DNA of 62,574 nt, filler included, from a bacterium (GTDB taxonomy: Bacteria > UBP15 > UBA6099 > JAJRTR01), in the NCBI GenBank assembly GCA_024278215.1. It is 5 parts of 5 records of this genome, joined end to end, with 100 filler letters (N's around TTAATTAATTAA, not from the genome) between each part and the next. Parts side by side here need not be neighbours in the genome. Positions count along the whole stretch, not along the records: positions 1 to 19,661 come from JAJRTR010000184.1; 4 more parts are not named here. One strand, written 5' to 3'. A program made the translations under genes and the position numbers. How positions within the stretch are numbered: position 1 is the stretch's first letter; each line of letters opens with the position of its first letter. A model generated the notes under the pieces. That model did not search any database, had not been told where the DNA came from, and was given only the letters and a program-made list of their open reading frames with translations. This document shows positions 1-9,068 of the stretch, in pieces.

Positions 1-10
1 AACTATCGAG

Positions 11-700
11 ATGATACACAGTCCGCATTTCATGGAAGCTGAGGATGCGACGAACTGTGTCCTCTACTCGAACCCGCTGCATCTGGAGTTGCTTGAGATA
101 TGCGGAATGGCCGGTGTGGACTTCATACTTAATGTTGTATTGAACGACGCACGCGACCTTTGCGGTGTGTTTGCCGGACATTACGACAGGGCGCATACGG
201 CGGGTGTAAGTTATGCAAAAAGATATAATGAAATAGAAATAAAAGAAACTGTAGAGGTCGTCATCACAAGCAGTGCAGGCTATCCGCTGGACAAAACATA
301 TTACCAGACAATCAAGGGGATGTGCGGAGCGGAGAAACTGGTAAAAACAGGCGGTACGATAATTATTGTTTCCGAGTGCTCCGAGGGCATGGGCAATAAA
401 AGCTTTGTCAAATGCCTGAAGGACTTCAGAAATATAGACAACATAAATGATTATGTGAAACACCTGAGTCTTCCCGCAAACTTTACGCCCGATCAGTGGC
501 AGGTAGAGAAAATGTTGCAGCCGCTGCGGAAAGCTGAAATCATGCTTGTGACAGACGGCCTGACTAAAGATGAACTCGACATCACCGGTGCCACGGCGAT
601 GCCAACCGTTGAAGCGGCGCTCGCCAAGTGCCGCCGCATATACGGCGACGACATGACAATAGCCGTCATTCCCGAGGGTCCCTACGTTATTCCTGTTTGA
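11..700 (+). CDS. larA: LarA-family nickel-pincer racemase/epimerase, C-terminal part (5' end outside window)
   Basis: Motifs NPLH.E, GYPLDKTYYQTIKG, GG.IIIVSECSEGMG, PDQWQ and C-terminal IAVIPEGPY typical of LarA. Confidence 0.85.
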   Translation: MIHSPHFMEAEDATNCVLYSNPLHLELLEICGMAGVDFILNVVLNDARDLCGVFAGHYDRAHTAGVSYAKRYNEIEIKETVEVVITSSAGYPLDKTYYQTIKGMCGAEKLVKTGGTIIIVSECSEGMGNKSFVKCLKDFRNIDNINDYVKHLSLPANFTPDQWQVEKMLQPLRKAEIMLVTDGLTKDELDITGATAMPTVEAALAKCRRIYGDDMTIAVIPEGPYVIPV

Positions 701-817
701 GCCGTGTGGCAATTTGCGCATATCCCGGTGGGAGACAGGTTTTCAACCAGCCGCTATCTGGAACGCAGGTGTTTATACGCCGCAAATACAATTCAAAGCG
801 ACACGGGAGAGTGAAAA

Positions 818-1657
818 ATGGCATCAAGAATCAAGATCATCACTGACAGCACATCCGATATAACACCTGATTCTGCAAGGCAATCCGGTATATGTGTTGT
901 GCCCCTGAACGTAAACTTCGGTAATAAAACTTTTAAGGACAAGATAGACATCGACAGTGCTGCATTTTGTGAATTACTCGGGAAGTCGGATAATATGCCG
1001 ATGACTTCATTGCCGTCTCCCGGCGATTTTGCACAGGTTTATAAAAAATATGAGTTGGAATATGACGCAATTGTTTCCATACATATATCATCGCGCTTGA
1101 GCGGCACTTATCAGTCCGCGTGTACGGCAGCGGAAGAGATTTCGGGATGCAGAGTTTTTACAATGGATAGTGGACTTGTGTCGTCTGCGCTTCAACTTGT
1201 AGTGTTGCGGGCGGCGCGTGCTGCGGCAGCCGGCTGTGAACTGGATGATCTGTTGAAAAATATCCGTAATGATATTAAAAACACAACAATATATTTCATG
1301 CTCGACACGCTGGAATACCTTAAAAAGGGAGGCCGCATCGGAGCGGCCGGTCGAATGGCAGGCAGTATGCTGAATATAAAACCGATATTGTCTGTTGAGG
1401 ACGGTGTGATCACACCTGTTGCAAAGGTGAGATCGAGAAAACAGGCGGTAAGACGTGTTATGGAGTTGCTGGATTCTCGCCCGGAAGTTCCTCGAATGGC
1501 GGCGGTGGGTCATGCCGTCGAACCGGACGAAGCGCAGAAAGTTATTGATATTCTTGCGGATAAATACCACGGTATCGAGATTATCAAGTCCGAGATAGGC
1601 CCGGTGATAGCGACACATACCGGGCCGGGCGCTGTCGAAGTTTCGATGATTTACTAG
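818..1657 (+). CDS. DegV family fatty-acid-binding protein
   Basis: IITDSTSDI, TSLPSPG, ISSRLSGTYQSA, LKKGGRIG, IGPVIATHTGPG. Confidence 0.95.
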   Translation: MASRIKIITDSTSDITPDSARQSGICVVPLNVNFGNKTFKDKIDIDSAAFCELLGKSDNMPMTSLPSPGDFAQVYKKYELEYDAIVSIHISSRLSGTYQSACTAAEEISGCRVFTMDSGLVSSALQLVVLRAARAAAAGCELDDLLKNIRNDIKNTTIYFMLDTLEYLKKGGRIGAAGRMAGSMLNIKPILSVEDGVITPVAKVRSRKQAVRRVMELLDSRPEVPRMAAVGHAVEPDEAQKVIDILADKYHGIEIIKSEIGPVIATHTGPGAVEVSMIY

Positions 1658-1683
1658 CCCGCATATTTCACCAATACGGGTTG
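1655..1683 (+). repeat. 29-bp palindromic repeat (family D)
   Basis: TAGCCCGCATATTTCACCAATACGGGTTG, begins with the degV stop codon; near-identical to 22264-22292 and 24687-24715. Confidence 0.8.
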
Positions 1684-1883
1684 AAAATAGGGTGAAAGCC
1701 TTATAATGCAAGGCGTGGCAAGTGAGTGGTGCGGGAGCATACTGTTAGTATGTGGCCGGTCCCGAGCCGCTGCCACAACACCGTAGAATGGGCGTTATCA
1801 CGATTTTCCATATTTCTTTGTGAGAAATCCGGGATAGAAGGTGCTTTGCGCATATTACGGCAGGAGCATTTTCCTCCCAGCCA

Positions 1884-2567
1884 CTAAGCAGGAGTATGAG
1901 TATTCGAGGAGGGTGGAAAGAAACGGCGGAGTTCGTCGAGACTGTCGACGAGGGCAACATGTTCAATTTCTCCGAAATCTTCCCTTTTGAATGTAGTAAT
2001 GCGAGCGGCGAATTCGACGCCGCTTCCGGCAGCGAGTTCACCGTCGATAAGCGTATCGCCGACAAAAAGCATTTTGTTTCTCGCTACATCCAGTTCTTCA
2101 GCGATGCGGCCAATATGTTGTTTGCCTTTGAACATGTGTTCTGCGGCTCCCAGTACACAATCGAACATGTCGAAGGCAACAGCGCTGATGTATTCCTCGA
2201 CAAGCGAATGTTCGGTTGAAGATGATATCGCCGTCATGTATCCGTTGGCCCTGATGTATTCTATAAACGGTATTACATCGGGGAAAAAGGGGACATCGTT
2301 TATATAGTCGATATGGCGAGCCTTGAACTCTTCGATGACTCTGTCGTTTCTCGGGTCACCGGGAAATAATTTCCGTATTTCAGTCGCGAAGGGCAGTCCG
2401 GCAGTTTTCATGTACATCTGTTTTGCCTCTTCGGGTGAAATGTCGTTGTGATGAATGCAGATGGATTCGACCGCAATTATTGCGTATCTTTCCATCGTGT
2501 CCACCAGAGTGCCGTCAAGATCGAATATGCAGATTCTATATCCGCCACTGTTATCTGTCTGTACCAC
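1884..2567 (-). CDS. HAD-superfamily hydrolase (phosphoglycolate phosphatase-like)
   Basis: FDLDGTLVD motif I, SS motif II, FVGDT..D motif IV. Confidence 0.9.
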   Translation of the reverse strand: MVQTDNSGGYRICIFDLDGTLVDTMERYAIIAVESICIHHNDISPEEAKQMYMKTAGLPFATEIRKLFPGDPRNDRVIEEFKARHIDYINDVPFFPDVIPFIEYIRANGYMTAISSSTEHSLVEEYISAVAFDMFDCVLGAAEHMFKGKQHIGRIAEELDVARNKMLFVGDTLIDGELAAGSGVEFAARITTFKREDFGEIEHVALVDSLDELRRFFPPSSNTHTPA

Positions 2568-2599
2568 TTTATATGTTGAGCCCTTCTAATTCAAATCTA

Positions 2600-3811
2600 T
2601 CAACCGCAACACGGCGATTGATCGTTTTCTTTTTCGATCAGGACATCCCTGTCCCTTATCGGTTCGTTGCCTGTGGTCCTGTCATAGTAAGCGCGAAGTG
2701 CGTGTGCCGCTTTTGTGAGTGCGTCATTGTATTCGTAGAGCTGGTATCTGTTGTTGCGAATGATATAAGCGAGTTCGTCGAAAGCTTTGCGTACCCAGCC
2801 GGCCTCCAACTCGTCGTCGGGAAGAGCTACTGTGAGGAAATCCATCGCGAGGCCCGTGTACAACACTTCTTCGGCCGGTTCGCCGGTCTTTGGTCCTTTA
2901 TACCATTCGGCAGTGAAGATTCCCTGCTTGTTGCGGTTCTGCTCAAGTGTATCGATAACCCTGTTGACGCGCTCCTGGGCCTGCCCCCATACACCCTGGA
3001 GTTCAAGGCTGTCAATCGTCGGCTTCACAATGTTGATGTCTTCGTTACGTTTTGAAGCCGCCTTGAACTTTGCGAACTCTTCTTTCAACAGATTTTTCTT
3101 GTACTCGCGCAGAGCCACCGCAATACCGTAGTTCTCCATAAGCCCGTTATATGAGCCCCATGAAATCGGTCTTTCCAGTGCGACCTGCATAATGTCTTCG
3201 GACGAAATGATATTTCCTTTGACATTCATCCACGAAGATTTCAGCATGTGTGAATATGCCATCAGCATAAGTGTCCAGCCGAGTTCGTTGCCGTCGGGTC
3301 CGGCGACCGGTTCTTTGTTTTTACGTAGTCTCTCCACATCGAGCATTCGCATCGAGCGACGTATGAAAGTATTGATACCGACCATCTGGCCCTTACCGCT
3401 GAGCAACGATAGACTCGCGTCCGCCCCGGCTTCGGCGAATATCGAGACAAATTCATCCCTGTGCCGTTCGCCTTCCATGTCGCCGGCTTTTGCACTGAAA
3501 AAGCCGCCTTCTTCGTCCTCACGTACCAGTCCCGGAATCCCGTTGCCCGCTATGTAGCTCGCCGCCTGCAATCTTTCCTGCGACACTGCATCCAATATTA
3601 CATAGCGCATTCCGACAGCATAGATTCCGTTCATCATCTTCCAGGGGGCATCGTTTGTCGTCACAGGCATCCTGTATACGATTTCCATCGTGTCTTTCAC
3701 TTTGCCTTTGACTCCGCCGCCTCCGCACGAACTGCATATTATCAACAGAATCACTGCGAATAAAAACGATGTCCCCTTTGCAAAGGTCATCTCTTTTGTC
3801 GAGTATCTCAT
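2600..3811 (-). CDS. Hypothetical lipoprotein, alpha-helical
   Basis: Long ORF, hydrophobic N-terminus with lipobox-like ICSSC; blocks resembling an uncharacterised Planctomycete family. Confidence 0.65.
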   Translation of the reverse strand: MRYSTKEMTFAKGTSFLFAVILLIICSSCGGGGVKGKVKDTMEIVYRMPVTTNDAPWKMMNGIYAVGMRYVILDAVSQERLQAASYIAGNGIPGLVREDEEGGFFSAKAGDMEGERHRDEFVSIFAEAGADASLSLLSGKGQMVGINTFIRRSMRMLDVERLRKNKEPVAGPDGNELGWTLMLMAYSHMLKSSWMNVKGNIISSEDIMQVALERPISWGSYNGLMENYGIAVALREYKKNLLKEEFAKFKAASKRNEDINIVKPTIDSLELQGVWGQAQERVNRVIDTLEQNRNKQGIFTAEWYKGPKTGEPAEEVLYTGLAMDFLTVALPDDELEAGWVRKAFDELAYIIRNNRYQLYEYNDALTKAAHALRAYYDRTTGNEPIRDRDVLIEKENDQSPCCG

Positions 3812-3867
3812 GGATATTATTCTATCATATATTGTTCCGACTTAAAAAACAAAAAACAAATTGTATT

Positions 3868-4045
3868 GAGCCAATTGCAAAATAATGTTCGAAGCGAGAT
3901 CGAACGAAATTATTAAGAAGCAAGGCAGATGTGCAAAATCCCCGCAGGCGTATCGTGGAGTACGTTGCGGAAGATTTTGCGCCGACAACGCGGTTATGGA
4001 TAATTGCAGTCGACCGCAGCAGAATCAGAATTTTGCAATTGGCTC
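3868..4045 (+). mobile_element. 178-bp MITE, family A copy 1
   Basis: Perfect 16-bp terminal inverted repeat GAGCCAATTGCAAAAT/ATTTTGCAATTGGCTC; aligns end to end with 20346-20524, 22869-23046 and 56168-56329. Confidence 0.9.
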
Positions 4046-4251
4046 TAAAAATAATGTGAATATTGCAGCCTGAAGGATATAATATCTTAACTTGTGCGTT
4101 TTTGAAACATGTGCAGAATTTCCTGGGGACACGATCCGGAATTAAAGGGCAAATTCCGATCATGTCCCCGAAATTCTTACGAAATATCTGAATTCGCACA
4201 AGATGCAGTTCAGTATTATTTGAAATCGGGATTTGAGAGATGTAAAAGTCG

Positions 4252-5643
4252 ATGAAGGTTTTTGTTGCGCATTGCGGGCCGAACAAATCCGAATACAAGT
4301 TTCACTCGCCGCCTATAGGGCTGATGTATCTTGCTGCTTATCTCGAGCGCGAGTTTCCCGGCATTACAATCGAACTGATGGATATGAAGGTGTCATCCGG
4401 AGGTCCGGAGGAAGTTGCAGACAGAGCATCGGAGTTCGACCCGGATATTATCGGTCTCGGCGCTATGACTGTACATGCGCCGCAATTGAATAAAACGGCG
4501 GAATGTGTGCGGAAAAGACTGCCGGACCCCCTCATTGTCGCGGGTGGTCCACACGCGACATGCTTCGCGGGTAAGGTGCTCGATCACACAAACGCTTTCG
4601 ATGCCGCTGTGCTGGGCGAGGGCGAAAAAGCTCTTGCCAATATTGTCCGCGCATACTCGAACGGCGGCTCTATTGACGACATCAATGCAGTGGCCACAAG
4701 GAAACATCTCGACTTCTCCGAGCGTGATATTATTGATAATCTCGATGATCTTCCGTTTCCGGCATGGGATAAGATCGATATAACGGAATACTTTAAATAT
4801 CCGAGCTTCACAATACTCGGCAAACGAAAATACATGGCGCTCTTCACGTCGCGCGCATGCCCATACCACTGCATATATTGCCACAACATTTTCGGCAATA
4901 AATTCAGGCCCCGAAGTCCGGACAGCGTTATCGAGGAAATAACGATTCTCGTGGAAAGATACGGTATCAGGGATTTCGATATTCTCGACGATGTTTTTAA
5001 CCTGAATAAAGCACGCGCCGCGCAGATTTGCAACAGGATAATCGAAGCAGGGCTCGACATCCAGTTAGCTTTTCCCAACGGACTCCGTTCGGACCTGCTG
5101 GACGAGGAAATGATAACACTGCTGCGCCGCGCGGGCACGACATACATCAGTTTCGCCATCGAAACAGCCAGTCCGCGGCTCCAGAAACTCATTCGCAAAA
5201 ATCTCAAGCTCGAACGCGCCGCAAACTCGATCCGCATCGCTAACAAACTGGGAATCCTCTGCAACGGTTTTTTCATGCTCGGGTTTCCGACGGAGACGGA
5301 AGACGAATTGAAAATGACCATTGATTTCGCGACAACATCGAAACTGGATGTCGCGCACTTTCTCAAAGTAACGCCCTTCGAGGGAACACAACTTTACGAT
5401 CTCGTGGACGACGAAACAAGGAAGGTTTTCGAGGACCACCCGGAATATCTCAATTACGAGGACAGAACTTTTAATCTCAGTGAAGTGCCGGGACCGAGGT
5501 TCCGCAGAATATTCAGATCAGCACTGATGAAATTTTATCTGAACCCGATACGGATACTCAGGATTTTCGCGCACCATCCCCACTGGACAAACCTTATCCA
5601 GTTTATCCCCACCGCGCTGAAACGTGTTTTCATCAAGGGCTGA
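4252..5643 (+). CDS. Cobalamin-binding radical SAM protein
   Basis: PPIGLMYLAAYL and VAGGPHAT B12 domain; SRACPYHCIYC CxxxCxxC; FFMLGFPTET. Confidence 0.93.
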   Translation: MKVFVAHCGPNKSEYKFHSPPIGLMYLAAYLEREFPGITIELMDMKVSSGGPEEVADRASEFDPDIIGLGAMTVHAPQLNKTAECVRKRLPDPLIVAGGPHATCFAGKVLDHTNAFDAAVLGEGEKALANIVRAYSNGGSIDDINAVATRKHLDFSERDIIDNLDDLPFPAWDKIDITEYFKYPSFTILGKRKYMALFTSRACPYHCIYCHNIFGNKFRPRSPDSVIEEITILVERYGIRDFDILDDVFNLNKARAAQICNRIIEAGLDIQLAFPNGLRSDLLDEEMITLLRRAGTTYISFAIETASPRLQKLIRKNLKLERAANSIRIANKLGILCNGFFMLGFPTETEDELKMTIDFATTSKLDVAHFLKVTPFEGTQLYDLVDDETRKVFEDHPEYLNYEDRTFNLSEVPGPRFRRIFRSALMKFYLNPIRILRIFAHHPHWTNLIQFIPTALKRVFIKG

Positions 5644-5692
5644 ACATTGTTGAAAACAACAGTAATAAAATCAGGAAAGAGAATATCGCACT

Positions 5693-6661
5693 TTGAAAAA
5701 TAATCCACTGCCCAGGCTGGACAAAGACATCCAGCTCAGAAAGAAACTGCTCGAACACTGTCGTCTCGGACCGGGGGAGCTATGGGAGGATGAAGCCGCC
5801 GGCCACAGGGTCGGCTGCCTCGACGCCACGGACCCGGATGCGATAGCCATGCTGATGGACGGCGACCGCGCCACGCTCGCTGTTCACGATCCTCCTTACA
5901 ACCTCATTGCTTTCGACGAAAGAAGTATAGACGCTTACATCGGCTGGTGCAGGTTATGGATAGAAAACACATACGCGGCGCTTGCGGATGATGCTTCCAT
6001 GTATATATGGCTCGGCGCAGACCAGAACGACGGTTTCCAGCCGCTGCCCGACTTCATGATAATGATGCGCGGCTTCGACGCTTTCGCGCCGCGATCATTC
6101 ATCACTGTGCGTAACCAGCGCGGCTACGGCACACAGAAAAACTGGATGGCCGTCAGGCAGGAACTACTGTACTATACAAAAGGGAAACCGCGTTTCAAAG
6201 TACTGTATACAGACATCCCGAAAATATTAAAAGGCTACTATAAAACAGTTGATGGTCGCGTTCAGGAAAACATCGAAAGAAGCAGGTCCGACAACATACG
6301 GCCCGGAAATGTATGGGTGGATATCCAGCAGGTTTTTTACAGGATGGAAGAAAATGTTTCCGGCTGTTACGCCCAGAAACCATTGAAGTCGATAGACCGA
6401 ATAGTCGAATCCGGCAGCGAAAAAGGCGATACGGTGATAGATTTTTTTTCGCACTCGGGAACAACATTGGTGTCGTGCGAAAAACTCGGGCGAAGATGCC
6501 GCACAATAGACAACGATCCGGTATTCTGTGAAGTTACGATCAGGCGGCTCGAACATTTCAGGAAAACCGGCAGAACAGGATGGCAGAACAGCCACCCGTT
6601 CGAGGATGTTATTCCCGATAAAAACAATGCCGAAAACCGCGACGACAAGGGGCGGATGTAA
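5693..6661 (+). CDS. Orphan N4/N6 DNA methyltransferase (beta-class motif order)
   Basis: HDPPYN catalytic motif N-terminal; QKP and DFFSHSGTT SAM-binding motif C-terminal. Confidence 0.85.
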   Translation: MKNNPLPRLDKDIQLRKKLLEHCRLGPGELWEDEAAGHRVGCLDATDPDAIAMLMDGDRATLAVHDPPYNLIAFDERSIDAYIGWCRLWIENTYAALADDASMYIWLGADQNDGFQPLPDFMIMMRGFDAFAPRSFITVRNQRGYGTQKNWMAVRQELLYYTKGKPRFKVLYTDIPKILKGYYKTVDGRVQENIERSRSDNIRPGNVWVDIQQVFYRMEENVSGCYAQKPLKSIDRIVESGSEKGDTVIDFFSHSGTTLVSCEKLGRRCRTIDNDPVFCEVTIRRLEHFRKTGRTGWQNSHPFEDVIPDKNNAENRDDKGRM

Positions 6662-6667
6662 CTGTTT

Positions 6668-6696
6668 TTCCCCGCATTTGTGAGAAATCCGGGTTA
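6668..6696 (-). repeat. 29-bp palindromic repeat (family D)
   Basis: Minus strand TAACCCGGATTTCTCACAAATGCGGGGAA, begins with the stop codon of the DUF3866 gene; lies between convergent genes. Confidence 0.7.
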
Positions 6697-7788
6697 CAGT
6701 TGTGTAATAAAACCATATCCGGTGCGGGCGGCGGCACCGCAGGCGAGGAAGAACGCGGGTTCGTCTTCCACGCCGCGTCCCATGGTTGTCACACGAATGT
6801 CGTATTCGTGCATAGCTTCTATTGCGCAGGAACCGTCTTCTGTGCGCACTTCATGTTTTTTGTCGATGTTGTTGTCCTCAATTTGTTTTTCTATGAACCT
6901 GGTTTCGCGCGGCCCGAGTTTCGGCATCGCGACAACCGCCGGTGCGATCGCCGCGACATTCAACGATGTAATCGTATGCCTGCTTATTCCCCTGTGTCGC
7001 GGTCTTTCATCCTTGAATCCGATGCGCGGCACGATAATCGGTCTGCCGCCGAGTGAATGGACGGCATTTATCCATTCTCCTGTTTCAAGCGCCGTGGTGC
7101 CCAGGTCTGTGCCTGTGCCGACGATGCCTACTCCCATGGAAACGACGGCGACATCCGCGTCCAGCGCGGAGCGTGCGGCAGCGAGCGCGGAGAACTTGTT
7201 TACCGTTTCGATATCTCCTCCGAATGCGTTTCCGCAACTTATAACGGATGTTATGATTTGTCGTTTTTTCAGTGCTTTCAATGTTCTGCTGAAGGCGACC
7301 GGCAGGCAGGCGGCGTCCGTCATTATGTATGCGACATTGAGATCGCTGCCCGAAAGGTGCTGCAATGCCGCGCTCACCGGTGCTGCCATGCTGTGCAGTT
7401 CGGCGATAATCACCGGCATTGCGTCCAGCGACTCGAATGATAGTATCTTGTCGCGCCACGGGCTGCCTTCCTCCTCCGCGCTCTGTACGCTGAATTGCAG
7501 AGGAGTGTAGCGGAGTTTCATGATGTGGCCGGCGTAATGATGATTGCAGCCGCCTTCCGGCCTGTCGAGGTTCGCCATGACGAAGTGGCGCCCCCCGGAG
7601 CCGAGCCCCAGGCCGACTGCGGTGACATTCAGCAACACAGCATCGCCTTCGGCTGCAATGCCTGTAAGTGGCGGATAATTTACAGCACGCGCCTTGCAGC
7701 CGCCGACTTCCACGATCAGTTTCTGGATGTCGTCTTCGCTTTCGACAACTTCAATTACTGTGCCTGTCTTTCGTTCGATAGGGTTCAT
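6694..7788 (-). CDS. DUF3866 family protein
   Basis: LLNVTAVGLGLGSGG, GHIMKLRYTPLQ, AELHS, YIMTD, GNAFGGD, RHRGISRHT. Confidence 0.85.
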   Translation of the reverse strand: MNPIERKTGTVIEVVESEDDIQKLIVEVGGCKARAVNYPPLTGIAAEGDAVLLNVTAVGLGLGSGGRHFVMANLDRPEGGCNHHYAGHIMKLRYTPLQFSVQSAEEEGSPWRDKILSFESLDAMPVIIAELHSMAAPVSAALQHLSGSDLNVAYIMTDAACLPVAFSRTLKALKKRQIITSVISCGNAFGGDIETVNKFSALAAARSALDADVAVVSMGVGIVGTGTDLGTTALETGEWINAVHSLGGRPIIVPRIGFKDERPRHRGISRHTITSLNVAAIAPAVVAMPKLGPRETRFIEKQIEDNNIDKKHEVRTEDGSCAIEAMHEYDIRVTTMGRGVEDEPAFFLACGAAARTGYGFITQL

Positions 7789-9068
7789 AATATTCGGCCA
7801 ACCGGCAACGGAACTGTATTCGCCGCATCCGGTATTATAATCCCGTTGCCGCCGAGTTCCATAATTTCGGACATTGCCTGATCTGCGTTTTCCGCCTTTT
7901 TCGCTCCTGTGAGTTGTACATCCGATTCTGGAAGCGATGTGACGAGTATCACCCGTGCCGCAGCTGTTTTCTCGATGATTCTCATTGCAGTGTGTCCGTG
8001 TACGACATATTTATTTCGGAGCGCGTTTTCGATTACGCCGATGCCGCCCATTCTGAACCAGTCGCTGAAGCAGGGTGGGCCGAGTCCGGCGGTGCATTCC
8101 GCGAAAAGCACAATCGTGCCGCCTTTGCGCACTGCCCTGAAGGCATTGTCGAGTGATTTGTGCGACTGATAGAAGTTGATATCGCAGGGATGACCGCCGC
8201 AGGACGCGACAACCCAGTCGGCACGTTGTGTGATTTTCGCCCTGGCATATTTTCGCATATTTGCGCAGGCTGATTCGTGGGCGCGAAGGGGAGAGCCTGC
8301 ATGAAATTCCGCAGGTGCGCCGCCGGTACCCATAATCACGTTTATTCCGAACGAAACATCGACAAAAGCCAAAGCTTCGATCATGTCGCAGTGTATCGGG
8401 TTTCCTGCGAGTTTCAGTGTCGAGGCCTCATGCCGCGTGCCGCCGCCGGGCGCTAGATTAAGGGCGTGATTGGCGAGAATAGTTTCCCTTGCGGCGATGC
8501 CGGGCATTATGCTTTTGCGGCCACCGCTGAAACCTGCATAGTAATGAGGCATTACAACGCCTGTAATAATAAGGTTTGCCGCATCCGTCGCATGACGGTT
8601 TATGCTTACGCGTGTTCCGAGGGAGGTAGTCCCGACATGAAGCAGATTGTCGCCATCGTCGCAATCATGGTCGATCATTTCGACACGGGCGGCGACATCC
8701 GATCCGACAACAGCGCGTTTCTCGTCTTCCGTATGACCATAGTGGGTCCCGGTGGCGAAAAGTATTTTTATCTTATTGTTCGTCACACCCAGGCGGTTGA
8801 GCCTGTCGAGCAGCCGTGGAAGCCAGGCGCGAACGCCATACTTTCTTGTCTTATCTGAAAGCACAATGCAGGTCGGTCCGCCATTTATTATACAATTGTC
8901 GAAAGGCGCGCCGATGCTGTTCTTGTCGAGGGCATCATCGAACGCCGACAAAATTTCATTCTTATCTGTATAGCCGCATGGTAAATCGGGCTGTATAATC
9001 TGAGCCCTGGATGCAATATTATCGGGGATATTATAAACTTTATTTCCGAGTTTTATTGAAACGCCCAT
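7785..9068 (-). CDS. larA: LarA-family nickel-pincer racemase/epimerase (second paralogue)
   Basis: SDKTR, ATGTH, DHDCD, PHYYAGFSGGRKSIMPG, GNPIHCDM, DINFYQSHK. Confidence 0.9.
   Translation of the reverse strand: MGVSIKLGNKVYNIPDNIASRAQIIQPDLPCGYTDKNEILSAFDDALDKNSIGAPFDNCIINGGPTCIVLSDKTRKYGVRAWLPRLLDRLNRLGVTNNKIKILFATGTHYGHTEDEKRAVVGSDVAARVEMIDHDCDDGDNLLHVGTTSLGTRVSINRHATDAANLIITGVVMPHYYAGFSGGRKSIMPGIAARETILANHALNLAPGGGTRHEASTLKLAGNPIHCDMIEALAFVDVSFGINVIMGTGGAPAEFHAGSPLRAHESACANMRKYARAKITQRADWVVASCGGHPCDINFYQSHKSLDNAFRAVRKGGTIVLFAECTAGLGPPCFSDWFRMGGIGVIENALRNKYVVHGHTAMRIIEKTAAARVILVTSLPESDVQLTGAKKAENADQAMSEIMELGGNGIIIPDAANTVPLPVGRIL

Noticed and set aside
3868-4045. Family A element as 6S RNA (similar size, rod fold)
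   Set aside because: Multi-copy, has TIRs and deletion derivatives with TSDs, and one copy is intragenic, all pointing to a mobile repeat
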